A stretch of 64,000 nucleotides of DNA, taken from the NCBI GenBank assembly GCA_016870245.1, contig VGCA01000001.1, positions 8,905-72,904 on the forward strand. The letters are read 5' to 3'. Shown here piece by piece: positions 1-9,854 of this stretch. Origin of the DNA: Actinomycetota bacterium. Its GTDB lineage: Bacteria > Actinomycetota > Acidimicrobiia > IMCC26256 > PALSA-555. The notes below the pieces were generated by a model that did not search any database, was not told the DNA's origin, and saw only the letters and a list, made by a program, of their open reading frames with translations. Position numbers and translations under genes: made by a program. Position 1 is the first letter of the stretch, and every line of letters begins with the position of its first letter.

Positions 1-180
1 GCGGCGACCTACTCGGCCAGCTGCACGCCGGGGTACTACAACTCGGAGCAGGGCGAGGTCGACGCGAAGGGCGCCCGCAACCTGGTCTACGCGGGCAGCC
101 TGCTCGACTACGCCGGCTACCTGGAGCGGTGGCGGGAGACCGACGACCTGCCCGGCGCCCTCATCACCCGCGCGGGCTGA
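1..180 (+). CDS. 3' end of an unidentified protein-coding gene (5' end lies outside the window)
   Basis: Frame 1 is open from base 1 to the TGA at 178-180. All 59 sense codons end in G/C, like the confirmed genes. The translation ends ...LVYAGSLLDYAGYLERWRETDDLPGALITRAG*. No family recognised. Confidence 0.55.
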   Translation, partial: AATYSASCTPGYYNSEQGEVDAKGARNLVYAGSLLDYAGYLERWRETDDLPGALITRAG

Positions 181-227
181 CCGGCACGTCGGGCGCATCC
201 GCCGGCGGGCGGTCTACGGTTCCTCCG

Positions 228-1349
228 ATGGGGGAGCCGACGACGGGCCGGGTGGCGGACCAGCCGATCGGCTGCGTGAGCGGCGACGCGCACGTCAACG
301 AGCCGCGCGACCTCTGGAGTGCCAACCTGCCTGCCGGTCTGCGCGACCAGGCGATGCGCGGCCTCGCCGCGGGTGACGACGGCAACTGGAGCGTGCTCCT
401 CGCGAGCGACGCCGTCGACCAGATCGTCGCCAACGACGACGAGCGGCTGCGCATGAACGACGTCGACCACCGCCTCGCGGTGATGCGAGCCGAGGGCATC
501 GCGGGGGAGTGCGTCTTCCCGACGATCGGCCTCTACGTGTGGATGCTCTCCGACCCTGACGGCGGCGCGGCATCGTGCCGCGTCTACAACGAGTGGATCG
601 CGTCCGGCCTTGCCCGGTCGCCGCGGTTCCGCTGCGCCGGGCTCGTGCCCACGTGGCGGGTCGACGACGCGCTCGCCGAGGTCGCGTGGATCGCCGACCG
701 CGGGCTCGCCGCGGTGATGCTCCCCGCGACCGTGACGCCCGAGTGGAACCATCCGCAGTGGGAGCCACTGTGGCGGGCGATCGAGGAGACCGGGCTGCCG
801 GTGGTGATCCACCAGGGCACCGGGCACTCGATGTTCTTCTACCGGGGTGCGGGTGCCGGCGTGGCCAACCTGCTCGCGACGCAGTCGATGGGGCCCCGCA
901 CCGCCGGGTTGCTCGCCACGTCGGGCGTGCTCGCCGCGCACCCCGACCTGCACGTGGTGTTCGTGGAGTTCAACGCCGGCTGGATCGGGTGGACGATGCA
1001 GACGCTCGACTACTACACGGCGGCGTTCGGCCGGTACGGCACCACGCCGTCGGGCAAGCCGTGGATCAACCCGGCGCTTCCCGAGCCGCCGAGCGCCTAC
1101 CTCGCCCGTCAGGTGCACGCCACCTTCCAGGACGACCCCGTCGGGCTGCACAACCTCCCGATCACCGGGCCCGACGTGCTCGTCTGGGGCTCCGACTACC
1201 CCCACGAGGAGGGCACGCATCCGCACTCCCGCGAGGTCGTGGCCCGTCTGCGCGGCGGGCTCGACGCCGACACCGCGCGCCTCGTGTTCCGCGACACCGC
1301 CGCCCGCCTCTTCCGCTTCGACCCCGCGGTGCTGGCGCAGCCCCTCTGA
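228..1349 (+). CDS. Amidohydrolase-2 family metal-dependent hydrolase/decarboxylase (ACMSD-like)
   Basis: Part of ORF 129..1349. The ATG at 228 (MGEPTTG...) is preferred over the R/P-rich upstream extension. N-terminal GDAHVNEP and C-terminal WGSDYPHEEG motifs are shared with three paralogs in this window. Confidence 0.85.
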   Translation: MGEPTTGRVADQPIGCVSGDAHVNEPRDLWSANLPAGLRDQAMRGLAAGDDGNWSVLLASDAVDQIVANDDERLRMNDVDHRLAVMRAEGIAGECVFPTIGLYVWMLSDPDGGAASCRVYNEWIASGLARSPRFRCAGLVPTWRVDDALAEVAWIADRGLAAVMLPATVTPEWNHPQWEPLWRAIEETGLPVVIHQGTGHSMFFYRGAGAGVANLLATQSMGPRTAGLLATSGVLAAHPDLHVVFVEFNAGWIGWTMQTLDYYTAAFGRYGTTPSGKPWINPALPEPPSAYLARQVHATFQDDPVGLHNLPITGPDVLVWGSDYPHEEGTHPHSREVVARLRGGLDADTARLVFRDTAARLFRFDPAVLAQPL

Positions 1350-1440
1350 GCGGCCCACGGCCCGCCTCGGGGTCACCCACCCCCGAGATGTGGAGGGGTC
1401 GGGCGCCCAGATGACGCCGAGGCGGGGTCGGCGGGGCAGG

Positions 1441-2715
1441 ATGGCGTCCCGCACCCGATCCACCGAGGACGAGGCCATGACCACCGACGCGACGTCCGTC
1501 ACCGACACCCCCGAGCAGGCCGAGTTCCGGGCCGCGGCCCGGGCCTTCCTGGAGGCCCACGCGAAGCCCCGTCAGCAGGTGAGCCCGTGGGCGGTCACGG
1601 TGCACCGCAGCCAGGACGCGGCGCGGGCGGCGTTCGAGCGCGGGCGGGCGTGGCAGAAGACCCTCTTCGAGAACGGCTTCGCCGGGCTCACCTACCCCGT
1701 CGAGCTCGGTGGTCGCGGCGGCAGCGCCTGGCACGAGCGGATCTACAACGAGGAGGCCCGCAGCTTCGACACGTCGTCGGGCTTCGTGAGCGCCACGATC
1801 GCGATGCTGGGGCCGACGCTCATGAAGCACGCCACCCCCGAGCAACAGGCGCTCTACGTGCCGAAGCTGCTGTCGGCGGAGTACGCGTTCTGCCAGCTGT
1901 TCAGCGAGCCGGGCGCGGGCAGTGACCTCGCCGGCCTCGCGTGCCGGGCCGTGCGCGACGGCGACGAGTTCGTCGTGACGGGCCAGAAGGTGTGGAACTC
2001 GGCTGCGCAGTTCTGCAACTGGGGGATGATCCTCGTGCGCACCAACCCCGACGTGCCCAAGCACCGGGGCATCACCTTCCTCCTCGTCGACATGAGCACG
2101 CCGGGCATCGAGGCCCGTCCGTTGGTGCAGCCGACCGGCGGGTCGGAGTTCAACGAGGTGTTCCTCGAGGAGGTCCGCATCCCGGTCGCCAACGTGATCG
2201 GCGAGATCGACGGCGGGTGGGCGCCCGCCCGCACCGTGCTGTCCAACGAGTCGGCGTTCATCGGCGGCGGCAGCGTCGCCGTGGGCGGGCGCTACCCGCG
2301 GCTGCTCGAACTCGCCGAGATGCACGGCAAGCGCGACGACCCGACCGTCCGCCAGGGCCTCGCCGACTTCTACATGCGCGAGCGCATCGTGGCGGTGATG
2401 GGGGAGCGGATCATGGCCGCGGTGCGCCAGCGGCAGATGCCGCCGGTCGACCCGTCGGCGCTCAAGCTGTTCACCACGGAGAGCCGCGTGCGTTCGGGGA
2501 ACCTCGCCGTCGCGATCCGCGGCGCCGACGGGCTGGTGGGTGACGACGAGATCGCGATCTGGACCCAGATGGAGCTGCTCGGGCGCTTCTCGATCTCCAT
2601 CGGCGGCGGCACCAACGAAGTGCAGAAGAACAACCTCGCCGAGCGGGCGCTGGGTCTGCCGCGCGAGCCGCGCACCGACCACGAGATCGCGTGGAAGGAT
2701 GTGCCCCGCAGCTGA
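1441..2715 (+). CDS. Acyl-CoA dehydrogenase
   Basis: Inner part of ORF 847..2715, with ATG at 1441 (alternative 1477). Motifs include CQLFSEPGAGSDLAG, VVTGQKVWNS and GGGTNEVQKNNLAERALGLP. It is a paralog of the gene at 41849..43066. Confidence 0.9.
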   Translation: MASRTRSTEDEAMTTDATSVTDTPEQAEFRAAARAFLEAHAKPRQQVSPWAVTVHRSQDAARAAFERGRAWQKTLFENGFAGLTYPVELGGRGGSAWHERIYNEEARSFDTSSGFVSATIAMLGPTLMKHATPEQQALYVPKLLSAEYAFCQLFSEPGAGSDLAGLACRAVRDGDEFVVTGQKVWNSAAQFCNWGMILVRTNPDVPKHRGITFLLVDMSTPGIEARPLVQPTGGSEFNEVFLEEVRIPVANVIGEIDGGWAPARTVLSNESAFIGGGSVAVGGRYPRLLELAEMHGKRDDPTVRQGLADFYMRERIVAVMGERIMAAVRQRQMPPVDPSALKLFTTESRVRSGNLAVAIRGADGLVGDDEIAIWTQMELLGRFSISIGGGTNEVQKNNLAERALGLPREPRTDHEIAWKDVPRS

Positions 2716-2760
2716 CGGCCACCCAGGGCCGCGGCCCGTCGCACCCCGCCGGAGGCACCC

Positions 2761-3696
2761 GTGAGCGAGGCACCCACCACGACGACGAGCGACGTCCTCG
2801 CGGGTGTCGACCTGACCGGGGTGCAGGCGCTGGTCACCGGCGGGACCACCGGCATCGGCAAGGAGACCGCGCGGGCGCTGTGCGCCGCGGGCGCGTCGGT
2901 GGTCATCACGGCCCGGTCCGACGACAAGGGCGCGGCGGCGGTCGACGACCTGCGGGCCGCGGTCCCGGGTGCCGAGGTCGGGTACGCGGTGCTGGAGCTG
3001 GGCTCGCTCGACCGCGTGCGCACGTTCACCGACCGCTTCGCCGCGTCGCACGACCGGCTCGACCTGCTGATCGCCAACGCCGGCGTGATGGCGATGCCGT
3101 ACGGCCACACCGACGACGGCTTCGAGATGCACCTCGGCACCAACCACCTCGGCCACTTCGTGGTGGTCGGCCGGCTGATGCCGCTGCTCGTGGCGAGCGC
3201 GCCGGCGCGGGTGGTCCTCCTCAGCTCGGGCGGCCACATGGCGTCGGACATCCGCTGGGACGACCCCAACTGGGACTCCACCGAGTTCTCGAAGATGGAG
3301 GCCTACGGGCAGTCGAAGACCGCGAACATCCTCCACGCGGTCGAGCTCGAGCGCCGCTACGGCCCGCTCGGCGTGCACGCCTACGCGGTGCACCCGGGCA
3401 TGGTGCGGACCGACCTCGGCCGGCACTTCACCAGGGAGGACCTCGAGGACCTGATGGCCCGGGCCAAGGCGTCGGCCTCGAGCGGCGGGGGCGGGCTGCC
3501 CCCGATGGTGGAGGTGGAGGTGGGCGCGGCCACGTCGGTCTGGGCCGCGGTGGCCGCGACCGACGCCGACGGCGGCCGCTACTGCGCCGACTGCGCCGTC
3601 GCCACGGCCGCCCCCTACGCCACCGATCCCGACGCCGCACGGCGCCTCTGGACCCTGAGCGAGCAGCTCACCGGCGAGACCTTCCCCGCCCCCTGA
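2761..3696 (+). CDS. Short-chain dehydrogenase/reductase (SDR)
   Basis: ORF 2761..3696 with a GTG start. TGGTTGIG cofactor motif, NAG, and a catalytic YGQSK motif. Confidence 0.9.
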   Translation: MSEAPTTTTSDVLAGVDLTGVQALVTGGTTGIGKETARALCAAGASVVITARSDDKGAAAVDDLRAAVPGAEVGYAVLELGSLDRVRTFTDRFAASHDRLDLLIANAGVMAMPYGHTDDGFEMHLGTNHLGHFVVVGRLMPLLVASAPARVVLLSSGGHMASDIRWDDPNWDSTEFSKMEAYGQSKTANILHAVELERRYGPLGVHAYAVHPGMVRTDLGRHFTREDLEDLMARAKASASSGGGGLPPMVEVEVGAATSVWAAVAATDADGGRYCADCAVATAAPYATDPDAARRLWTLSEQLTGETFPAP

Positions 3697-3710
3697 CCAC
3701 CCCCGCTGAC

Positions 3711-3836
3711 GATGCGTTTCTGACCGTCGATAGGGTCCCGGCGGGTCGCTTCCGGTGCGGGTCCGCGGGCGTGCGCCGCCCTATCGACGGTCAGAAGCGC
3801 ATCGGGCGGGTCGGGATCGACGGTCAGAAGCGCATC
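3711..3836. repeat. Three copies of a 24-25 nt motif (GATGCGYTTCTGACCGTCGAT+3) arranged as nested inverted/direct repeats
   Basis: Copy A is 3711-3735. Copy A' is 3779-3803 (its reverse complement matches A with 1 mismatch). Copy A'' is 3813-3836 (same orientation as A'). The block lies between the convergent stops at 3696 and 3891. The same motif occurs at 30675-30728. Confidence 0.9.
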
Positions 3837-3890
3837 GGGGGTGGCGCTGCGGGCGGTGAGCCCAGGGGTCCCCCGAGCCATGCGGTCGCG

Positions 3891-4709
3891 TCAGCAGGTG
3901 TCGATGTCGAGCAGGTCGAGGAGCTCGGCCCAGCCGCCGTCGGCCGCGGGCGCGACCACGTGGTCGGCGAGGGCCAGGGCGCTCGGGTGGGCGTCGGCCG
4001 GCACGACGGCGACCGCCGCGGCGGCGAGCATCTCGACGTCGTTGGGGCCGTCGCCGATGGCGAGCACCTGTGCCGGGTCGAGCTCGTGGTGGGCGCAGTA
4101 GGCGGCCACGCCGTCCCACTTCGATCCCGTTGCCGGTGCCACCGTGACGGTGAACCCGCCGTAGTCACGCGCGCGGTCGACGTGGGGGGTGGCAACGCCG
4201 TGGAGCGCGTTGCCCACCGCCTCGGCGAGGGCCCGGTCGATCCCGAGCACGCCGAACGCGAGCACGGGCGCGTCGCCCACGACGTCGTGGAGGTCGGAGA
4301 CGCGTGCGTGCGCCCCGAAGTCGGCGAGGTGCTCCGGGTGGGTCGACGGCGTGGCGCTGACGCGCACCGGATGGGTGTCGTCGTCGACGTACACGCAGGG
4401 GTGCACGCCGTGGGCGTGGAACACGTCGAGGACGACCACCGCGTCGCCACGGGTGAACCCGCCCTGGTGGAACCGCTCACCGGTGGCGAGGTCGAGCCCC
4501 AGCGCGCCGTTGAGCACGACGGCGGGCGGCGCCACGCCGAGTGCGGCCAGCGGCGCCCGGGTCGAGTGGACCCGGCGCCCGGTGGCGACGAGCACGGGGA
4601 CGGGTGAGGCGCTGAGCCGCGCGAGCGCCGACCGGGTGCGCGGGTGCACCGTCGACGGCTCGTGCCACAACGTGCCATCGAGATCGGTCACCACCGCTGC
4701 GACGTCCAC
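3891..4709 (-). CDS. HAD-superfamily hydrolase (Cof-like phosphatase)
   Basis: C-terminal part of ORF 3891..5630. GTG at 4709 is preceded by GGGAGGG. Motifs: DLDGTLW (motif I), VATGR, GDGPNDVEML (motif IV). Confidence 0.85.
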   Translation of the reverse strand: MDVAAVVTDLDGTLWHEPSTVHPRTRSALARLSASPVPVLVATGRRVHSTRAPLAALGVAPPAVVLNGALGLDLATGERFHQGGFTRGDAVVVLDVFHAHGVHPCVYVDDDTHPVRVSATPSTHPEHLADFGAHARVSDLHDVVGDAPVLAFGVLGIDRALAEAVGNALHGVATPHVDRARDYGGFTVTVAPATGSKWDGVAAYCAHHELDPAQVLAIGDGPNDVEMLAAAAVAVVPADAHPSALALADHVVAPAADGGWAELLDLLDIDTC

Positions 4710-4833
4710 GTGCCCTCCCGCAGCCCATTCTTCCCGGCGAGGCGCGGTGGCTGCGCTCCGATTCCCGCGCGCCGCGCCTCCCGAATGCCGAACTCGGTTG
4801 CCCCGGACCGGTGCCCCGTGCGACGGTCGGGTG

Positions 4834-5403
4834 ATGGAGCCGTCGGACGTCCCGCCCCTCGTCGCCCTCGCACAGCGTCGTGCCGACGACGCCGGGTTCG
4901 CCATGTCGTGCGATCGCGGCGTGGGGGAGCTGCTCGCGGTGCTCGCGGCTGCGTCACCCCAGGGCGCGCGCATCCTCGAGCTGGGGACCGGCACCGGAGT
5001 GGGGCTGAGCTGGATCGTGCACGGCCTGGGCTCGCGCGTCGACGCGTCGGTGCTGACCGTCGACACCGACGCCGGCCTGCTGGAGCAGGTCCGGGCGGCC
5101 GGCTGGCCGGCGTGGATCGAGTTCGTCTGCGGCGACGGTGCGCGCGTCGTGGGGGAGCGGGGCCCGTTCGACCTGGTGTTCGCCGACGCGCCCGGCGGCA
5201 AGCTCGACGGTCTCGACACCACGATCACCGCGCTGGCGCCGCGGGGCGTCCTCGTCGTCGACGACATGGATCCGGATCTGCACACGACCGACGGGCTGGC
5301 GCCCGCCCTCGCCACGGTGCGGAAGACCCTGGTGGCCCATCCCGGCCTGATCGCGACTGAGATCCCCTGCAGCACCCACCTGATCGTCGCCGTCAAGCGC
5401 TGA
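4834..5403 (+). CDS. Class I SAM-dependent (O-)methyltransferase
   Basis: C-terminal part of ORF 4189..5403, with ATG at 4834. Carries the ILELGTGTGVG SAM-binding motif and is of small O-methyltransferase-like size. Confidence 0.75.
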   Translation: MEPSDVPPLVALAQRRADDAGFAMSCDRGVGELLAVLAAASPQGARILELGTGTGVGLSWIVHGLGSRVDASVLTVDTDAGLLEQVRAAGWPAWIEFVCGDGARVVGERGPFDLVFADAPGGKLDGLDTTITALAPRGVLVVDDMDPDLHTTDGLAPALATVRKTLVAHPGLIATEIPCSTHLIVAVKR

Positions 5404-5514
5404 CGCTCTGCACGCGGACCGATCAAGGAAGGACGATCGCCACGTGCAGATCGGCCGCCCTCGCCAGGAGTGCCGGGTCGTCGGCGTCGCCTGCCCGAGG
5501 CGCCGATGCGCTGC

Positions 5515-6645
5515 TCAGCCCGTGAACCGCGGCGGGAGCGGGGTGGGGTCGGGTGCAGGGGAGACGACGACGGGCACGTCGGGGCGGGGGCACAGCGCGT
5601 CGGCCAGCGAGCGGAACACGGTGCGCACATCGGCGAACGAGGTCACGGCGTAGTCGGTCCCCTCGACCGGGCCGCTCACGAGCGCGAGGTGCTCCTTCGC
5701 GATCTGGTCGACGTCGCCCACGCCGACGGCCATCACCCGAGCGCCGGCGGCCTTCACCGCGTTGGCCGAGTACACGCCGCCGTCGAGCTGGTCGAGCCCG
5801 GTCATCACCGGGGGGTGCACCGCCGGCACGCCGTGGACGGTCGGGTTGCCGTCGGTGAACAGCACCACGATGTCGGTCTGCCCGACGACCGACCGGAAGG
5901 CGGCGTCCCAGTTGGTGTAGCGGTCGTCGCCGTCGGGGCGGGCCAGCGCAGCGATGGCCTCCTTGACCGTGGCGACGCCCACGGGGTCCGAGACGGGGGT
6001 GGGGGAGAGGTTCGCGTTGCCCGCCGCGGGTGCGGCCGACGCGAACGAGGCGATGGCGATCGACGACGTGGTGCCCGCGAGCGCGTCGACGAACTCGGTC
6101 GACGCGGCCTTCATGGTGATCGCCTCCGCGGCCGAGATCGATCCCGACACGTCGTAGAGGAGGGTGACCCGCACCCCGCAGCGCGACGGGAACGGCGGGT
6201 TGACCCGCCGATGGGCGAACACCCGCGTGGTGGGGTTGGCCTCGTCGACCACGGCCGCTTCGGCGTAGGGGCCGGCGCCGGAGGAGGACGGGCGGACCGC
6301 CTCGATCCGGGCGAACGCGCCTCCGGGCGGATCGGCGACCGGCGCCACCCAGTAGGTACCCGGATGCAGGCCGGCGATCAGACAGGACCCGGATGCGTCG
6401 GTGGTGCACTCGCCGGCCGGGACGGTGAGCGCCGCGTCGCGGTGGGCCCGCAGCACTGCGCCCTCCAGGGGGACGGGCACACCGGTCGCCGGATCGCGGT
6501 CGCCGCCGGCCCGGACGGTGACCGAGCCGGTCTCGGCGCCCGCGGAGGGTGTCGGGGGGTCGGATGCCGGCGCGGCGGCGGGCGACGCGACGAGGAGCGC
6601 GCCGCCGACGGCGAGCGCGACGAGACCACGGAGCGAGTGACGCAC
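5515..6645 (-). CDS. Secreted von Willebrand factor A (VWA) domain protein
   Basis: Part of ORF 5515..7029. GTG at 6645 is preceded by GGAGG. N-terminal signal-like LVALAVGGALLVASPAAA. MIDAS motif LLYDVSGSIS. The upstream beta-rich domain contains a Cys pair. Confidence 0.8.
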   Translation of the reverse strand: MRHSLRGLVALAVGGALLVASPAAAPASDPPTPSAGAETGSVTVRAGGDRDPATGVPVPLEGAVLRAHRDAALTVPAGECTTDASGSCLIAGLHPGTYWVAPVADPPGGAFARIEAVRPSSSGAGPYAEAAVVDEANPTTRVFAHRRVNPPFPSRCGVRVTLLYDVSGSISAAEAITMKAASTEFVDALAGTTSSIAIASFASAAPAAGNANLSPTPVSDPVGVATVKEAIAALARPDGDDRYTNWDAAFRSVVGQTDIVVLFTDGNPTVHGVPAVHPPVMTGLDQLDGGVYSANAVKAAGARVMAVGVGDVDQIAKEHLALVSGPVEGTDYAVTSFADVRTVFRSLADALCPRPDVPVVVSPAPDPTPLPPRFTG

Positions 6646-6726
6646 GGGAGACCTCCGGGAGCAGAGCCGGTCCCCGGTGGACCGACGGGCTCCCGGACTC
6701 CCCGGGCGCGTGGCAGTGACGCCGTG

Positions 6727-7953
6727 ATGGGGCAGGATGAGCGGATGGACGGGATGAGCGACCGCACGCTGCCCTGGATCGTGTCGGCCGACGACCACGT
6801 GGTCGAGCCGCCGGGCGTGTGGCAGGATCGGCTGCCCGCCGCGCTGAGGGACCGGGGCCCGCGCACGGTGAAGGACACGTGCGAGACGATCTACGTCCCC
6901 GAGACGCGTGCCGTCCGCTACGTGAAGGGAGGCGACGGGCCGGTCGTCGACTGGTGGTGCTACGACGAGCAGGCCCCCAAGCCCATCCCCAAGGTCGTGG
7001 CCTGCGCGGGGATGCCGTTCGAGGAGCACACGATCGACGCCATCGCGTTCGAGGAGATGCGCCCCGGGTGCTACGACACCGTCGCCCGGCTCGACGACAT
7101 GGACGTCGCCCGCGTCGAGCGCTCGCTGTGCTTCCCCTACATCACCCGCTTCGCCGGGCAGTGGTTCCTCGACGCGGCCGACAAGGACCTCGCGCTCTTG
7201 TGCGTGCAGGCGTACAACGACTGGATGATCGACGAGTGGTGCGGCGACTCGGGCGGCCGGCTCATCCCGCTGTGCATCGTGCCGCTGTGGGACGCGGAGC
7301 TCGCCGCCGCCGAGGTGGAGCGCACCGCGGCCAGGGGCTCACGCGCGATCACCTGGACGGAGATGCCGAGCTACCTCGGCTTGCCGTCGATCCACGACCC
7401 GGGTCGGCACTGGGACCCGCTGTTCCGCGCGTGCGACGAGACCGGCACGGTGCTCGGCCTGCACATCGGGTCGGGCACGAAGATGGCCGAGCTCGCGCCG
7501 TGGGCGCCGCGCGCTGCCAACACGGCGCTCACGTTCGCCAACGCGCAGACGTCGCTCGTCGACTGGCTGGTGTCGGGCAATCTCGTGCGATTCCCGCGCC
7601 TGAAGATCGTGTACAGCGAGGCGCAGATCGGCTGGATGCCGTTCGTGCTCGACCGGCTCGACAAGGTGTGGGAGCACGCCGAGTACGCCGGCCTCGACCC
7701 GATCATCACCGAGCCGCCGAGCAGCTACGTGCCCGGTCGCATCTACGGGTCGTTCTTCGACGACGACTGCGGCATCGAGCAGCGTGATCGGATCGGCGTG
7801 ACCCAGCTCGTGCTGGAGATGGACTACCCGCACCAGGACTCGACCTGGCCCGACACGCCGAGGATCCTCGAGCGGCTCGCGTCGCAGGTGAGCGCCGACG
7901 AGCTCGAGCGCATCGTGCGGGGCAACGCCCTGGAGATGCTCGGCCTCGACTGA
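6727..7953 (+). CDS. Amidohydrolase-2 family hydrolase
   Basis: C-terminal part of ORF 5470..7953. ATG at 6727 (alternatives 6745 and 6754). Motifs SADDHVVEP and LEMDYPHQDS. Confidence 0.85.
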   Translation: MGQDERMDGMSDRTLPWIVSADDHVVEPPGVWQDRLPAALRDRGPRTVKDTCETIYVPETRAVRYVKGGDGPVVDWWCYDEQAPKPIPKVVACAGMPFEEHTIDAIAFEEMRPGCYDTVARLDDMDVARVERSLCFPYITRFAGQWFLDAADKDLALLCVQAYNDWMIDEWCGDSGGRLIPLCIVPLWDAELAAAEVERTAARGSRAITWTEMPSYLGLPSIHDPGRHWDPLFRACDETGTVLGLHIGSGTKMAELAPWAPRAANTALTFANAQTSLVDWLVSGNLVRFPRLKIVYSEAQIGWMPFVLDRLDKVWEHAEYAGLDPIITEPPSSYVPGRIYGSFFDDDCGIEQRDRIGVTQLVLEMDYPHQDSTWPDTPRILERLASQVSADELERIVRGNALEMLGLD

Positions 7954-8041
7954 CGTGGGCCCGAGCGGTCCTGCGGCGCCGGGCCGGTTCGGCGACCCTG
8001 ACGGACGTGTCAGAATCGGGACCGACGAGCGAGGAGGGACC

Positions 8042-9253
8042 ATGCCGAACCCGACGCCCAACGAGCTGCTGCCCGACCTGTTCCTCCCGGAGCCCCTGCC
8101 GCGCGAGGTGAAGTACACGGTCATCTCGGTCGACGACCACGTGGTCGAGCCGCCCGAGACCTTCGAGGGCCGGCTGCCCGCGCCGCTGCAGGACCGTGCG
8201 CCGCGGATCGTCGAGACCGACCACGGCCACCAGGTGTGGGAGTTCGAGGAGCAGCGCTTCTTCATGGTCGGCGCCAATGCGGTTGCCGGCCGCCGACCCG
8301 ACGCCGTCACCCGTGAGCCGTTCCGCTTCGAGCACATGCGACCCAGCTGCTACGACGTCGAAGCCCGTGTGCGCGACATGGACATCAACGGCGTGTGGGC
8401 TGCGGTCAACTTCCCCTCGCAGGTGACCGGCTTCTCCGGGCGCGTCTTCTACCAGGCCGAGGACCAGGAGCTCGGCCTCGCCTGCACCCGCGCCTGGAAC
8501 GACTGGTTCTACGACGAGTGGTACGTGAAGCAGCCCGACCGCATCATCCCGGTCGGGATCACGCACTTGAGCGACCCCGCGGTCGCGGTCGAGGAGATCC
8601 GTCGCAACGCGGCCCGCGGGTTCACCGGCGTGAGCTTCCCCGAGCGGCCGCACGACGTCGGCCTGCCGTCGCTGTGGGACCGCGACCACTGGGACCCGAT
8701 CATCGACGCGTGCGTCGAGACCGACACGGTGGTCTCGCTGCACGTGGGCAGCTCCGGCATGAGCGGCTTCCCGCCCGGCGCCCCCGGGTTCGAGATGGGC
8801 GCGGTGCTGTTCGGTCAGCAGTCCCTGCGGACCGCAGTCGAGTGGCTGCTGTCGGGCTACCCGGTGAAGCATCCCGAGATGAAGATCGCCCTGAGCGAGG
8901 GTGGGATCGGCTGGGTGGCGATGCTGATCGACCGCCTCGACAACCTGGTCGACCGCTCGGGGTACGGCGTCAACTGGGACGATCGCCCGGCCGACGTGCT
9001 GCGGCGCAACTTCTGGTTCTGCACGCTCGACGACCCGTCGACCATCGACACCCGCCACACGATCGGCGTCGAGAACATCATGGTGGAGTGCGACTTCCCC
9101 CACGGCGACGGCCACTGGCCCGACACCCAGCTCGTCATCGAGAAGGCGTGGGGGCACATCCCCAACCGTGAGCTGCGGATGATGTGCTCGGAGAACGCGG
9201 CCGCGCTCTACCGCCACCCGCTGCCCGACGTGGTGCTCCCCGTCGGCGACTGA
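8042..9253 (+). CDS. Amidohydrolase-2 family hydrolase
   Basis: Part of ORF 7955..9253. ATG at 8042 follows GAGGAGGGA. Motifs SVDDHVVEP and VECDFPHGDG. It is a tandem paralog of the preceding gene. Confidence 0.9.
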   Translation: MPNPTPNELLPDLFLPEPLPREVKYTVISVDDHVVEPPETFEGRLPAPLQDRAPRIVETDHGHQVWEFEEQRFFMVGANAVAGRRPDAVTREPFRFEHMRPSCYDVEARVRDMDINGVWAAVNFPSQVTGFSGRVFYQAEDQELGLACTRAWNDWFYDEWYVKQPDRIIPVGITHLSDPAVAVEEIRRNAARGFTGVSFPERPHDVGLPSLWDRDHWDPIIDACVETDTVVSLHVGSSGMSGFPPGAPGFEMGAVLFGQQSLRTAVEWLLSGYPVKHPEMKIALSEGGIGWVAMLIDRLDNLVDRSGYGVNWDDRPADVLRRNFWFCTLDDPSTIDTRHTIGVENIMVECDFPHGDGHWPDTQLVIEKAWGHIPNRELRMMCSENAAALYRHPLPDVVLPVGD

Positions 9254-9330
9254 CCCCGGCGGACCGCCCCTTCTGGCGCGGTCCCACCGCAGCCGGCGCG
9301 GCGCCACGGCGCCGAAACGGCCGGCGGGGG

Positions 9331-9774
9331 CTACGGGGCGACGGTGCGGGCCTCGGTCCAGTCCTCGTACAGGTGACGCTCGGCGATGCGCCAGCCGTGG
9401 TCGGTGCGCACGTAGGTGTCGTGGTAGCGGATGGCCATCACGTGGTCGTCGGTGCCGGTGATGTGGTGCGCGAAGCAATAGGTGACACCAGTGGCGTCGT
9501 CGCCGTGCACCTCGGCCCGGTGGTTGCCGACGAAGTGCATGGTGCGGTCGTAGCGCTCCAGGCTGGCGGCGATGTGCCCGGCGCCGTCGGGGAACCTCAT
9601 CGTCGACGGCTCACGGCTCGCCCAGTGCACCGTCAGCGTGGCGCCCTCGACGAAGCAGCGCTCCAGCACGTCGGCGTCGCGCGCGTCACAGCCGAGGGCG
9701 TACGCCTCGGCGAGGTACCGCAGCGCGAGACGGTCGGCGGTGAGGTCGGGGGCGGGATCGGGAGCGTCACTCAT
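9331..9774 (-). CDS. SnoaL-like / NTF2-fold protein
   Basis: ORF 9331..9774, 147 aa. The composition and pattern are typical of SnoaL_4/NTF2-like proteins (LRYLAEAYALGCDARD...HFVGNH...). Confidence 0.65.
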   Translation of the reverse strand: MSDAPDPAPDLTADRLALRYLAEAYALGCDARDADVLERCFVEGATLTVHWASREPSTMRFPDGAGHIAASLERYDRTMHFVGNHRAEVHGDDATGVTYCFAHHITGTDDHVMAIRYHDTYVRTDHGWRIAERHLYEDWTEARTVAP

Positions 9775-9854
9775 GCCGTCGACCCTAGATCACCGTGCCG
9801 GCGTGACCCGTCCGGCCGGAGCCGGCGACACGACGCCGGGAGGGCCGGCCGTCG

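Noticed and set aside
3711-3836. The triple repeat considered as a CRISPR array.
   Set aside because: There are only three copies, in mixed orientation, with unequal spacers (43 and 9 nt). There are no cas genes. The same unit forms a simple palindrome at 30675-30728. The pattern fits a REP/terminator-like element, not CRISPR.
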